DNA of 64,000 bases from a virus. Location: IMG/VR virus record IMGVR_UViG_3300045988_125651; one strand, 5' to 3'. How positions within the stretch are numbered: the first letter of the stretch is position 1; each line of letters opens with the position of its first letter. Shown one piece after another: positions 31,301 through 37,567 of this stretch. Both the position numbers and the translations under genes were made by a program. The notes under the pieces were generated by a model that saw only the letters and a program-made list of their open reading frames with translations, had not been told where the DNA came from and ran no database searches.

Positions 31301-34300
31301 CGCCCGTGTAATCCACCTTTATCATTTCGGCTTCCTTCAGCATTTTCTCGGCTCTCTTTATCTGTCCGTCTACAGCAGCTTCTGCGTTCTCGCCAAACTG
31401 CGAAGACATCCACTCCGCTCCATGTTCGGGTGTCATCTGCGAGTAGTCAGCAGTCTCACGGCCTTTCGTGTCCTTCATCATCGGCACAGGTGAGCCATCG
31501 GCAAATGTTAAAGTCTCGTTACTTCCATTGCCATTATCGGATGGATTCTTTTTTTCTCCTTCCCCTATAGGCTTTACATCTTCAACTCCAGGCGCCGACG
31601 CGCCCTCCTTCGGTGTTACAACACTCTCAGTCTTAGTATCGGATTCTTCACTTTTCTCTTTTCCCTTTTCACTTTCAGCGTAAGCCCCTGAGTTCAACTC
31701 CTCCAACTTCGTTTGATAGGCCTTGGCATAGTCCTCCGTCTTTTCCACATGGTCAAGCTGCACGTCCTTCTTGCTCACGAAGTCCATCTCCTTTGTATTC
31801 GGGTCAAGCACGCTAAGCATGTCGCCAACGCTTTCTCTCGCTCTACCCTCATTATCAAAGGCAACATCGCCCGCTCCAACAATAAGCAGTCTGCCATTGT
31901 TGTCCTTCACGAACAACATCTGGCCGCCCTCTTGCTTCTCACCGTTCAGCCCGCCCTTGTAGCTCCATTGCTCCACATGCTTCTGCACGGTCTCAGCAAT
32001 CTTCTGTTCAGTTCCGCGATACATGCCCACAGCCTTAGCCTTGGTGTTGATATAGTCGGCAAAAGGTACAAGCTGTTCCTGCGTCAGTCCCGAGTTTATC
32101 AGCTCCATGTATATCTGAGGTTCCGAGAGACCTTCCTTTGTTAGTCTCTCATACTCCTGCTTCAACACATCGTTACTTTCCAAGGCTGCATTAAACGCCT
32201 TTTCGGCATTATTCATGTTGTTCAGCACCTCAGCCACAGCCTCGTTGTTAGGATTCTCCGTGCCAAGGTTATTTTCCTCAACCACGTCCTTGCCCTCTGT
32301 CTGCGACTGGTCGGGATGCAACGTTCCTTCCGGGAACTGCTCTCCCTCATAAGCCTTTCTCAGAGCCACGCAAGCGTTCTGTTCTTCCTCGCTGCGCTTC
32401 AACGGGTCTTTGTCCATAGCTGCCTTCAACTGTTCAGCAGTAAAGCCAAACGTCTCAGCTACAGTCTCCAATGTTTCTTGTGCCGCCTTCTCGTCCTTTA
32501 TCTGAGCTGCGCCATAGGCATTACTCAAACGTTGGTTTTCCTTTTTCGCCCCAAGATTGTATTTGATTGAAACGTATTCGTCGGCTGTCTTATAGCGGTT
32601 CTTTGAGAGCAACTCTCCATAAAGGCTATACTCACCCACATACGCTCCTCTTTCGTCACGCTCTATCGCTATATGGTCCATCATCGGACGTGCCGAAGGA
32701 ACAGTTCCCATAACCAAAGCAGAGAACTTAGCCTTTGTGTCCCAAGGGATAGTTTCATCTGCCATTATCTCGTCATAGGCAGTCTTCACAAACTCAGTGT
32801 CTGTGTCCTTATACGACTCCTCGCCTTTCCCTTTGGCTGCGGTCTTCTTAGTTCGCATCGCCCAAGATGTCAGACTCTCTTTTCTCGTCAGCGGATTGTC
32901 GTGTACGTCATATCCGTAGAGCGTCTCTTCGCGCTTTGGCGCCTTGTCGCTTCCGAACAGCTGCTCTTTCTCCTCATTGGTAAAAACATATCCACCAAAG
33001 GTCGCTCTCTGTCCGTCAGATGTCATAAGGTTTTTAATATTTCTCGCCACCATATCAAGGTAGCCTTCCTTTTTGCCATCATTCACCTGACGCTTAGGCA
33101 GTCTTGCGTGTGTCAGCTTCAAGGCTACAACATTGGCACAAGCCTCAAGTGTGCCTTCAACGCTCCAGAAGTCGGTATCATGTCCCTCTATCATCTTGGC
33201 GACATTGCCACCGACGTGCATACCCCAACCTTCCATCGCTATTTGGAACACCTTGGCAGGGATGCGCTTCACGCCACTTACATTATAGATTCCTGCACCT
33301 ACAGCACCGCCAATGCCACCCATAGTAGCCCAGCTTGCGCCCTCAGAAAGACCGCCCATAGTCATAAGCTTCACGGTATTGCCAATAGAGGTATCATCAC
33401 CCGTTGAGTAATTCTGAACAGCAGCATTCGTCGAACCATAAAGCACACCCGTTACACCTTGACTTACGGCTCCAGTACCAACCATTCGACCTATGCGCCC
33501 TGCAAGACTCGTGTTAGCAATCCTTGCTGCCTGTGCCACACCATTGCCGAAAGCCTTGCCTGCGACCCATGCACCGCCCTTGCCAAGCACACCAAATACT
33601 GGGCCATCAGCACCAAAGCCTAATGTGCCTCGTGCCACTCTCGCTCCCATACCCGGCTTAACATAAGGATTTTCCCCGTTATCGGTCATAGCCATTCCTT
33701 GCTGAGCATACTGTCTCTGCTTCTTCGACATCATACCCATCGACAAGATAGTGCCTATCATCGAGTCGTTGACACCACGGATGATATATTCTGCCGTACT
33801 CTTAGGCATATTACGGCTCAATTCGCTCTTCTCAAACTCCTCAGCTATCTTTGCTTGCAAGCCAGGAGCTATATAATTCTTTACATAATCCTCTGGGTCG
33901 ATACCTAACGAAGCTGCCTTTTCTGCTATTTCCTTCTGCATCTTCGGGTCGGAGAACAACCCAGCCATGTCTTTCTCGGCATTCTTGCTGAGCTGATTCA
34001 TTAGCTTGTCAGGATCAAGGGCTTCATTGTAAGCCTTACCTGCTGCCATATATGCAAATGGAGAGGCCTTGCTCAAAGCATCTTCTGCTGCAACACCTTT
34101 AACTGTCGCATCCTTAAACATCTTTTGGATACTATTGTTTATATATCCGCCAAGCTGTTTGTCAACAAGCTGTCTGCTGCTTTCTTCCAACTCATCCTCC
34201 AACTGCCCCCTTGTCTTCACAATATTGTTGTTCACGTCCTCGTTCCCAAGGTCAAAGGCTGGAGCATTCCTTCGTCTTATCTCACCCTCAGCATTTCTAC

Positions 34301-34874
34301 CAGCCTCTTGTCCAGCCTGTTCCATTCTACGCTCCAGTGACTTCTGTGCTCTTCTCACACCGCCTACCATCTGTTTTACAGCACCCGGCTTTGTATAGTC
34401 TATAGGCATCTGCTCCTCGTCGCGCTTTCTAATCATATCAGCAGCGCGCAAGCCCTTCACTAGCTCGCTTTCCTTACCCGTAGTGCCACCGTTCCAATCA
34501 TCCAATGTCACAGCATTCCTCTTCGGTGCTGAAACATTCTCAGATGTCGTAGTGTTCTCATGTGTTACAACACCACCGCCCCACTTCTCTTGCGCCACAC
34601 TCTGTTGCGCGCGTCCAAGTGCCGAGCTATTGGGTTTCCCCTTTCCTCTTGTTATCGTTCTTCCCGTAAACAGATGAGCACCAAAGTCACCAACACGACT
34701 CGCATCCTTTACGCTCACATCGCCTCTTCGCCCTGTCTTTCGGTCTATTACCTCCATTCGAGCACCAGGGAATGCTTTTGCAAATCCCATCGGGTCCTTG
34801 TCATACGCTGTCTTGTCTACCGTATGCCTGTTACCTTTCGCATCCTTGAAATAATAATATCTATTGTCTGCCAT
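19335..34874 (-). CDS. giant multidomain (polyvalent, DarB-like) virion/ejection protein, 5179 aa
   Basis: Uninterrupted 15,540-nt ORF. The motifs are listed as sub-features below. Sits in an operon with three other internal-virion-like proteins. Confidence 0.9.
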   Translation of the reverse strand: MADNRYYYFKDAKGNRHTVDKTAYDKDPMGFAKAFPGARMEVIDRKTGRRGDVSVKDASRVGDFGAHLFTGRTITRGKGKPNSSALGRAQQSVAQEKWGGGVVTHENTTTSENVSAPKRNAVTLDDWNGGTTGKESELVKGLRAADMIRKRDEEQMPIDYTKPGAVKQMVGGVRRAQKSLERRMEQAGQEAGRNAEGEIRRRNAPAFDLGNEDVNNNIVKTRGQLEDELEESSRQLVDKQLGGYINNSIQKMFKDATVKGVAAEDALSKASPFAYMAAGKAYNEALDPDKLMNQLSKNAEKDMAGLFSDPKMQKEIAEKAASLGIDPEDYVKNYIAPGLQAKIAEEFEKSELSRNMPKSTAEYIIRGVNDSMIGTILSMGMMSKKQRQYAQQGMAMTDNGENPYVKPGMGARVARGTLGFGADGPVFGVLGKGGAWVAGKAFGNGVAQAARIANTSLAGRIGRMVGTGAVSQGVTGVLYGSTNAAVQNYSTGDDTSIGNTVKLMTMGGLSEGASWATMGGIGGAVGAGIYNVSGVKRIPAKVFQIAMEGWGMHVGGNVAKMIEGHDTDFWSVEGTLEACANVVALKLTHARLPKRQVNDGKKEGYLDMVARNIKNLMTSDGQRATFGGYVFTNEEKEQLFGSDKAPKREETLYGYDVHDNPLTRKESLTSWAMRTKKTAAKGKGEESYKDTDTEFVKTAYDEIMADETIPWDTKAKFSALVMGTVPSARPMMDHIAIERDERGAYVGEYSLYGELLSKNRYKTADEYVSIKYNLGAKKENQRLSNAYGAAQIKDEKAAQETLETVAETFGFTAEQLKAAMDKDPLKRSEEEQNACVALRKAYEGEQFPEGTLHPDQSQTEGKDVVEENNLGTENPNNEAVAEVLNNMNNAEKAFNAALESNDVLKQEYERLTKEGLSEPQIYMELINSGLTQEQLVPFADYINTKAKAVGMYRGTEQKIAETVQKHVEQWSYKGGLNGEKQEGGQMLFVKDNNGRLLIVGAGDVAFDNEGRARESVGDMLSVLDPNTKEMDFVSKKDVQLDHVEKTEDYAKAYQTKLEELNSGAYAESEKGKEKSEESDTKTESVVTPKEGASAPGVEDVKPIGEGEKKNPSDNGNGSNETLTFADGSPVPMMKDTKGRETADYSQMTPEHGAEWMSSQFGENAEAAVDGQIKRAEKMLKEAEMIKVDYTGDLNDAKEAEAQKAKAVDAAKAELELYTNIKKVMTANKVKAGMEKVGSVGEEGSVSEAGNLGAVREKFESGKRIVGNKRTRTLADGSKLRGHYEIVEADSLTPSHNANDGYKKSEGFPVNEEGRTINDRDYENDKQAQMVTDMIAMKYDGQAVDQVPVVTSDGIVVDGNGRTMAGQKAAKNGTDSAYLEALKENAENYGFTAEQIEQSGIKHPRLVLVSDEPMKYDTATFAKFNKNEKKSQGNTQQAVANSKKLSADEIGTIISEIEGSGSLDAFFNNPTAINSLLKRLIDKGVIGLNEIAGLREGEDKLSAAGKDFVKNLLLGSVFSENTIRMMGADAMLKTKALNGIRAVTDNMKLGDYALMKEIDQAVQLLYEARQGGSGVDAYLRTPAMFGENAADRFDPISQAIALALEGKAEDFRELMMAYNRNAAPYADANQMEMFGERPTNEEFIKEFLKLRNWKDYETRHSSKEGNGDAGSSEGTEPQAPGGDEPTEGQREVDKAEEEKSDKPHEASLALTEPVEPVEPTKPKGEEREGELPRTKEIEGDLAPQNKFKAYIESRDQGLKQVSPVAKALKEAVESGDKKRIKNAQKDLVEAILASPLGHGYLSSYLSICKNTKKNDKSYNVNKALIKPLTEVIKTIESALDSALKDAGLEGVHLSYGENGDGWIYADKNSPWYAQLKALDNDYRNISQIKENDPIAKLPQITLDNVADAARIIKSVIEEGERYNEYTEKEELNKEPLSILPKKEENTLNPIVKAAENYKKDHPLTEGEIRGSDVADKVLADWAKGANPLKSEKGKEKSEKSDTKVEGEEPPKTNPLAWLAHTAEMFKDEQIQKARKELTAAKESGDASDIKRATEKMKQAMETKLRGNGIGLVERRRIIGRELGKILGKEVGKAEAEKVNKPWEQMDLEEREAVSSKNPLTETEINELTSKENRELIPAALAYLRGDKGNIINAISYFKIWNDVRSRHENVPDNSGTKDGTQLDVPNTGGSQELGLGRGRKGGGPDGPVDRTDSERTTPGERESGTGGENDTPVSTGKPRVDKGEGNTPGMDAVSAGSTDTRGGGGAGNEGNVPKRGGQGGGNGPLDPNAGRKPAAKQGTHFPNSTSERLKQERAEYEQKKKDFWERWKKAGQGYVKIALTPFKKLNLSPEQIEMLPELFKMHLNGAVLKIKEGIYKFNEWKAAMRAEEGEELKMIGLSDDDVDRFIEDYWNTPYQMDGETHTIGEWAGIHGNEELRNKLSEPLNDKYQRQMDAEPIKVKIGDKKNIEETLPYLLPQQQEDVLKAETQFFGNEHADREHAYGKGYMFTNGTGTGKTFTGLGIAKRLVKQGKGRILIVTPSQKKVSDWIKDGRNLNMEIRDLDSIAKERGTTATTESGEGVVITTFANFGVNKKLLEENWDAVIYDESHRIMENKKGADTARSIQHYMVTNRDERHCFLRLQETNKDYQKMKSLGEQFDAEREKEVERIRKEYKVSHPSATASDVAYAIRRMLPKDIQSFREYADYPKLGKIHAEYVNAVRHYNSIVEPKLKAQAKAEWKDTKTIFLSATPFNTRENLDYVEGYIFKYPEVEKGGRISGRTQFYLDNFGSAYKFRYNRLEQSTSNPEAVAKQEIAFSDYLQDTLGTMSGRIIDSPYDYSRDFPTVSPDHAEQFNQAVQDAVRGHGVLADAYRRTIGDYNYGSALFETMKVANIIERIKAHLDAGRKVVIFHRRVETKEPLKPPFALMLEQANHLVSIMSEGKDKKEAAQAVRDFRKKYADLLKWEQTLDYSMPREQIAKVFGKDNVLFFSGKESSKVKDKAVDIFNDDNSGKNIIVIQEASGKEGISLHDKTGEHQRVCITLALPQSPITALQIEGRTYRIGNKSNAIFEYPILGLNSEMMLFGQKFNNQVSTTENLALGSQARSLRDSFANGILEHSGVVPIDQQGVGGKEFDAPKDQSTDGFDNAVLDYYSNQKLNSRNREGVDYFPTPEPLGYKMMEWANMGEGDTVMEPSAGHGAIARYAPKGNQMVAIEPSQSLFAKLQLKAGGLGRKFVNTIFENYDISNKHDVVVMNPPFGTAGATAIAHLGKAFKHLEEGGRVVAIIPRGSTDKKFEKWINGEKTAVMRAEVELPDIVFKQAGTNVVCRVVVVDKISNEAMRAKAGSVEKVNLGGHYDKIEDFFEDLRDIEMPDRIIDTNTIMQKKSKQTAKDLKELKDVTVNLNEHGINVHVRGDRNDYSIMFDLGEYNAEQRKSILSGTYERFEEYERYTRDETSQAVIAELKKLTCKLAGMTEEEMQRYLKKQNDGKGVMYRMEHAAEVYGKANAHYRMELGDTFSDSKEHFDAVRDRAVEEKGIVMPNLNKEKVKVVEVEKSPFGDNIETSLKNAREWAKENLVTTGKTEMPIMRDGTSYTISKRAVEKYLSESAVRKSENLDIHLSVLPKLTDVIHESIEAEIHADYNVKDETGKRKAELGYGNNILVHRLYGAVEMDGKIYRVKTTMQEFRGGEENKPHSYEVTKIELLDSPGKRENPDRPPSDASNNSIDNKIELPDAPGTAVLPDSSPLDTTPSNSKNITSEGSEKANESDSLPLNSTTNGYISTAKLLQGVEKSYDSGKKLLDESKNLTDGETFFRKEGDGVVTPEKTSGTSNAVSERIIKTVEKVAKRTGGKVKMVNSVEEIENPKVRKDIENGKQVTGWYDEKTGEVHLYMPNIHDSYTAEKTVWHETVGHKGMRGLLGDKFNDYMRSLWMDLDNPINAELRAYVKEKMNMNHLGFYDAIEEFIAKSAEDGKGEPGFWNYIKNKVTDALHEIGYRVSPNVKDVKYMLWLAKNVQKHGDSPLWKMRAEAVRWKIEHEKTLSVVEENGMMYDNNGKKHGLLDLNKKDFDEATDGHVHYRTSPMTASKIEEYNRRLSTKWYAFKESTVDDMQSLQEAMQIISGVKDAYADIPSAFNPLQCHNRMGSMVMQMCERYDREYTEPLGDAFKKVVSAMPGKDGAEQTRNANLYFIKKHGLERNRVLFVRDKIREERKVKSEESDSIDALETAWKGERSDLRQKLDSGQIDLREYYRQMDEWIVQNLDKDFKAEEHDYSGMHGIYDVKKGEEYDDANVIDEVMSTESQLGADLVKSFWDAKKKATDFTIDQVYANGFMDKNGRDHLKEMFDWYVPLRKFDDTVAEDVYGYISGSDTKNYIGSVIEKARGRESLSDVNVLAQISALAKSSILNGGKNVEKQHFMRFVEAYEKGDAKDRIFVEIQPWVEKHTVDGNEVWEEVMPNIPENSTQEQINDILNTFEDTMKAKQAHGEAKIARRKSDIGYKFERSSDMNQHIVNVYVNGRVRRFVCQGNPRAAQAINGLLRDSGTQHWATEQSAKLNRYCAQLNTSLNPDFVSSNLVRDLTAGSANLVVKEGMGYTWDFCMEYAKNWGSMVRRKDGGFDGGYLGMFRRYKDGRLDANNQKERWFKEFMDNGGETGFVSLKKYEDIIKEYENLVKTGNKEGDRWLMKKLKEGGAFIELANEVVENVARYSTYCVSRKRGRSIGKSIYDAKEVSSNFNRHGSGDAIKSLKTGYDGKTDTAFRKPVGWFNSWMKNHTMFYNAGVQGANLFAKNLYNNTKTTAIAFGAMPFGLSLAVALFNLWRIGREDEKKRNGVKNPYAELPEWKRRNNICIYWGGGKFKTIPMGIELRAFYGLGDIAAGYVVDESLKSDVQIGWDIIGQMAQLVPASDFLGHHSPSSGIKELGEDVALSVIPTIAKPEFELAFNRDWTGRPIYRDKDYLDKAPRWKRAYDSTNDVYMTINKWANKTFNGIDSTNEDLKGSGMMADAVDFFTAPYGLQHIVEGYTGGTGATIGRMYQTGKSFAKGVVSGIKDDKGFAEGFNKEWDKVDPNTIPFYRVFNYTPKEGNDMQRTKSKWYNYADELERLKYNMQQMKTNTPDTAKNIHNAATKFKLSQSKDGRKLKIYEAADRYIAAKRRILKRAKDKAVVEAVNEAINRKMQEAVEDLDRIE
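20440..20515 (-). other. giant ORF: predicted transmembrane helix in the C-terminal region (~aa 4788)
   Basis: TTAIAFGAMPFGLSLAVALFNLW hydrophobic stretch. Confidence 0.5.
23154..23171 (-). other. giant ORF: HETVGH motif (possible metallopeptidase-like site)
   Basis: WHETVGHKGMRG at aa 3902-3907. The spacing is HExxxH, not the canonical HExxH, so the assignment is tentative. Confidence 0.3.
24885..25427 (-). other. giant ORF sub-region: N6-adenine DNA methyltransferase, ~aa 3150-3330
   Basis: Motif I VMEPSAGHG (aa 3189) and motif IV VVMNPPFG (NPPF at aa 3251). Confidence 0.8.
25635..27467 (-). other. giant ORF sub-region: SF2 (DEAH / SNF2-DarB-like) helicase, ~aa 2470-3080
   Basis: Walker A GTGTGKT (aa 2508). 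DESH (aa 2603). SAT in TIFLSATPF. Motif VI QIEGRTYRIG (aa 3050). Confidence 0.8.
27950..28393 (-). other. nested +1-frame ORF (147 aa) inside the Gly-rich linker of the giant ORF
   Basis: ATG at 28393, with a stop 33 nt upstream in that frame. The sequence is non-repetitive and helix-like, while the giant frame here is low-complexity G/P/T/R-rich. Coding status is unresolved. Confidence 0.3.
28869..28910 (-). repeat. 42-bp direct repeat, copy B (encodes SEKGKEKSEKSDTK, aa 1989-2002)
   Basis: Offset from copy A is 2763 nt, exactly 921 codons, in the same frame. Confidence 0.85.
30615..31040 (-). other. giant ORF sub-region: ParB/Srx-like nuclease-fold domain, ~aa 1280-1420
   Basis: VVDGNGRTMAG (D at aa 1357, nt 30804-30806) matches the ParB-like DGxxR core. 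It is preceded by HYEIVEADSLTPSHN. Confidence 0.55.
31632..31673 (-). repeat. 42-bp direct repeat, copy A (encodes SEKGKEKSEESDTK, aa 1068-1081)
   Basis: Matches 28869-28910 at 41 of 42 positions. Confidence 0.85.
33195..33677 (-). other. giant ORF sub-region: Gly/Ala-rich hydrophobic (glycine-zipper-like) segment, ~aa 400-560
   Basis: GTLGFGADGPVFGVLGKGGAWVAGKAFGNG ... GGIGGAVGAGIY. The boundaries are approximate. Confidence 0.5.
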
Positions 34875-34905
34875 ATTTATTTATCGTGTTTTTATCTTTT
34901 TATGT

Positions 34906-36348
34906 CTACTTCACATACTGACTCCAGTTCGTTCCTTTACCAGTAGATGTACCACCTTTGGCTTGTGCCTTCGGCTTACTGCCAGAGCCTTGCCATCTTA
35001 TAGGATTGGCGCCCTTGCGCTGTTCCCTAATCTGTTTAGCCTGACTCTTCGATACGGTCTTCGTCACATTGCGCACCTTCTTCTTACCCGAAGTATTCAC
35101 GCCACGCTGGGCTGTATTGCTCGTTCTCACGTCTGTATAGCCAAATCCGTCCCTGAACGTCTTCCTAAGCGACTCGCCACGGCTTGAAGCGTCAAGCAAG
35201 CCATAACTTATAGCATCCTGAATAATCTGACGTGCTCGATTTGAACTTGGACTCACCATCTTGCCGTCACTTCCCTCATATCCATTCATGGCACGGTCAA
35301 GCTCCCTCTGCTTCTGAGGAGTAATCATTCCAAGGTTACGCATCTCGTTCCAAGCCTGTGCCTCTTGCTGTGGAGTAAGCTCGTTCTTGCTTGCCAATCT
35401 TCCGTAAGGTGTAGCATAGCCGTAACCTCCATTTGCACCTCCAGAACCCTTAGCTCCGCTTCCGCTACCACCTCTTGCAGCCCTCGATTGTGCCAAGGCA
35501 AGTATGCTCGCACTTGGTCTTTCAGTAGCTTGGTTGTGGCGTTTGGTTTCGTCTAACTTCTCACCTGCCAACTTCAAGTTGCCTTCTTGTACCCCAAGCA
35601 AACCATCGCGATATGCCTTCAAGTCCTTAGCGTTCTGGTCTGCTCTCTTGTCAGCACTTTTCTTAAGCTCAACCATCTGCCCTTTATAAGCTCTGTCTGC
35701 ATCTGCTGCATCCATCTTTATCTGCAAGTTGGCATTCTTATACGCAGCGTCAGCCTCAGCAGCAGCTTTTCTCGCACGTTCTGCCTTTCTCTTGTCAAGG
35801 TCTGCTTGCATCTCAGCAGTCGGACTATTAAACTTCTGTAGCGCAGCTCCCTTGGAAGTATTATAGATGTTCCCCATGTGTCGTATTGCGTCAGCTAAAG
35901 TGGCTATGCGCATATTGTTTCTCGTCATGCGCTCGTCATAATCATCATCACTCTCGCCCTCACGCCTTCCTGGTCGCTTCTTCGACAATCCGCCAAGCCA
36001 CTTAAAGAAACCACCATCCCTTTGACTATCGTCCTTCTCAAACACAGGAGCCGAAGGAGCTTCACCACCCAAAGGCTTAGAGTTAAGAGCGTAAGCGGCT
36101 GGCATACTTCCCTCCATATTACTTGGGTTTGATGTCTGCCACGATTGCTGAGCATTGCTGCCCTCATTCACTGGCTTACCGTAAGGTGACCATCCTACAG
36201 TAACTGGCATATTCTCAAACGTAGTAGGTCGTTTACCGCTAAACACATTAGCTGGTTGCTGAGGCTGTGCCAAAACACCAGGAGCCACAACACCAGGCTG
36301 TGTTACAACACCCTCCCTCTTCTCCTTATCGTCCAATACTGTGTTCAT
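34906..36348 (-). CDS. internal virion/ejection-like protein (480 aa)
   Basis: Low-complexity A/K/Q coiled segments and Gly-rich tracts. Directly upstream of the giant ORF. Confidence 0.75.
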   Translation of the reverse strand: MNTVLDDKEKREGVVTQPGVVAPGVLAQPQQPANVFSGKRPTTFENMPVTVGWSPYGKPVNEGSNAQQSWQTSNPSNMEGSMPAAYALNSKPLGGEAPSAPVFEKDDSQRDGGFFKWLGGLSKKRPGRREGESDDDYDERMTRNNMRIATLADAIRHMGNIYNTSKGAALQKFNSPTAEMQADLDKRKAERARKAAAEADAAYKNANLQIKMDAADADRAYKGQMVELKKSADKRADQNAKDLKAYRDGLLGVQEGNLKLAGEKLDETKRHNQATERPSASILALAQSRAARGGSGSGAKGSGGANGGYGYATPYGRLASKNELTPQQEAQAWNEMRNLGMITPQKQRELDRAMNGYEGSDGKMVSPSSNRARQIIQDAISYGLLDASSRGESLRKTFRDGFGYTDVRTSNTAQRGVNTSGKKKVRNVTKTVSKSQAKQIREQRKGANPIRWQGSGSKPKAQAKGGTSTGKGTNWSQYVK

Positions 36349-36817
36349 AATCCTCCACGTTTTTCTTCAACAAGTCAAACGCCTGACCAAGGGTATTGAC
36401 AAACTTCTCTGCCTTTTCCCTACGCTTGTACTGAAATTCTATCTCCTTGTTCAGTACAGCAATCACCTCGCACTTCTCTGACATGCGCTTAGCGTTCTTC
36501 TTCTTTATCCTCTCTATCACCTTGTCCTTATACGCCAAAGCATTCTCGGCCGACTTCAAGCAAGCGGCAAGATTGTCACGCTCGGCACACAAGCCGTCAA
36601 AATGCGCAGCAAGGCTCTTATAATCCTCTTGAAGTTTCTCCAACGCCAAGTGATAACGCTCTGCAAGCTCCTCATTCATCTTCAACGACTTCTCCAATAT
36701 CTTTATCTTCTTTGCTTGCTCGTCAACAACAGAATCCTTCAACAAACCCGCAGCCTCCATCACACGATCAACGTCTACACCTTTCTTCGCGTTTATATCA
36801 ATCTTTTTCTTTCCCAT
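36326..36817 (-). CDS. coiled-coil protein (163 aa)
   Basis: Heptad-rich K/E/L sequence. 23-nt overlap with the downstream gene. Confidence 0.7.
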   Translation of the reverse strand: MGKKKIDINAKKGVDVDRVMEAAGLLKDSVVDEQAKKIKILEKSLKMNEELAERYHLALEKLQEDYKSLAAHFDGLCAERDNLAACLKSAENALAYKDKVIERIKKKNAKRMSEKCEVIAVLNKEIEFQYKRREKAEKFVNTLGQAFDLLKKNVEDYEHSIGR

Positions 36818-36862
36818 AGTATAATCTTTTTTATTATTTTCCTACATGCGTTACAACGCTTC

Positions 36863-37537
36863 CTACACTCCAGTCACATTCTTCAACAACTTATCGCCAA
36901 AGTAGTCACTCGCTGTCTTTTCTCCAGCAACACCAGATGCACCTACATCTGTTTTACCTTTCCCCGGACCATCCAACGCCGATGCTGCACTCATCATCGC
37001 ATTACTCATATTCTGAGCGGCTGCAGCCGTAGTCTCTGCCTGCTGATTATAAATATCCTCTCTCTGCTTAGAAAGACTCTGCTCGTTCCTCATGTGCTGA
37101 TCCGAAACACTCGCCTTTCTCGCTGTGTCATTGGCGCCAATATTCGCAATAGTATTACCCATCGTCCTATTTGCTGCCTCCTTTGCCATAGCTGTACTCG
37201 CGGCTGTTCCACCGCCAACTGCTGCAGCTCCATCCGCCTTACGAATGTAATTGTCCTGAACCTCCTGAGCCCTACGCATCAAGTTCTGACCAGCCTTTGT
37301 ATCCAGGTAGTCCGTATTATACTCCTTGTCATACCAAGCCTTCTCCGCATTCGTGCGATATTTCTGCTCGGCCAATGCTCTCTTGGCTGCCTTACGCGAC
37401 TTAAGACCTCCAAACAACGAACTACCTACACTCAAACCTAAACTGGCTGCACCAAGCAAACCTATCATCGGATTATTCGCACCCGACAACTCATTAAAGC
37501 CTAATGGCAACCTAAAGAATCTGCAAATGTCTGTCAT
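36863..37537 (-). CDS. membrane-anchored A/G/N-rich internal protein (224 aa)
   Basis: N-terminal hydrophobic GLLGAASLGLSVGSSLFGGL. First gene of the ejection operon. Confidence 0.7.
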   Translation of the reverse strand: MTDICRFFRLPLGFNELSGANNPMIGLLGAASLGLSVGSSLFGGLKSRKAAKRALAEQKYRTNAEKAWYDKEYNTDYLDTKAGQNLMRRAQEVQDNYIRKADGAAAVGGGTAASTAMAKEAANRTMGNTIANIGANDTARKASVSDQHMRNEQSLSKQREDIYNQQAETTAAAAQNMSNAMMSAASALDGPGKGKTDVGASGVAGEKTASDYFGDKLLKNVTGV

Positions 37538-37567
37538 ATCTACTGTATTTTTTAATAACCATAACTA

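Noticed and set aside
19335-34874. Interpreting the giant ORF as a crAss-like virion RNA polymerase
   Set aside because: I found no DxDGD-type double-psi beta-barrel catalytic motif. The recognisable motifs are instead helicase, MTase and ParB-like.
19533-34946. Dozens of plus-strand ORFs (for example 26421..27470 at 349 aa, 32673..33407 at 244 aa, 22782..23471 at 229 aa) antisense to the giant gene
   Set aside because: They lie entirely within a strongly supported 15.5-kb minus-strand ORF. They have low-complexity or Leu/Ser/His-rich shadow-frame composition and no expression signals.
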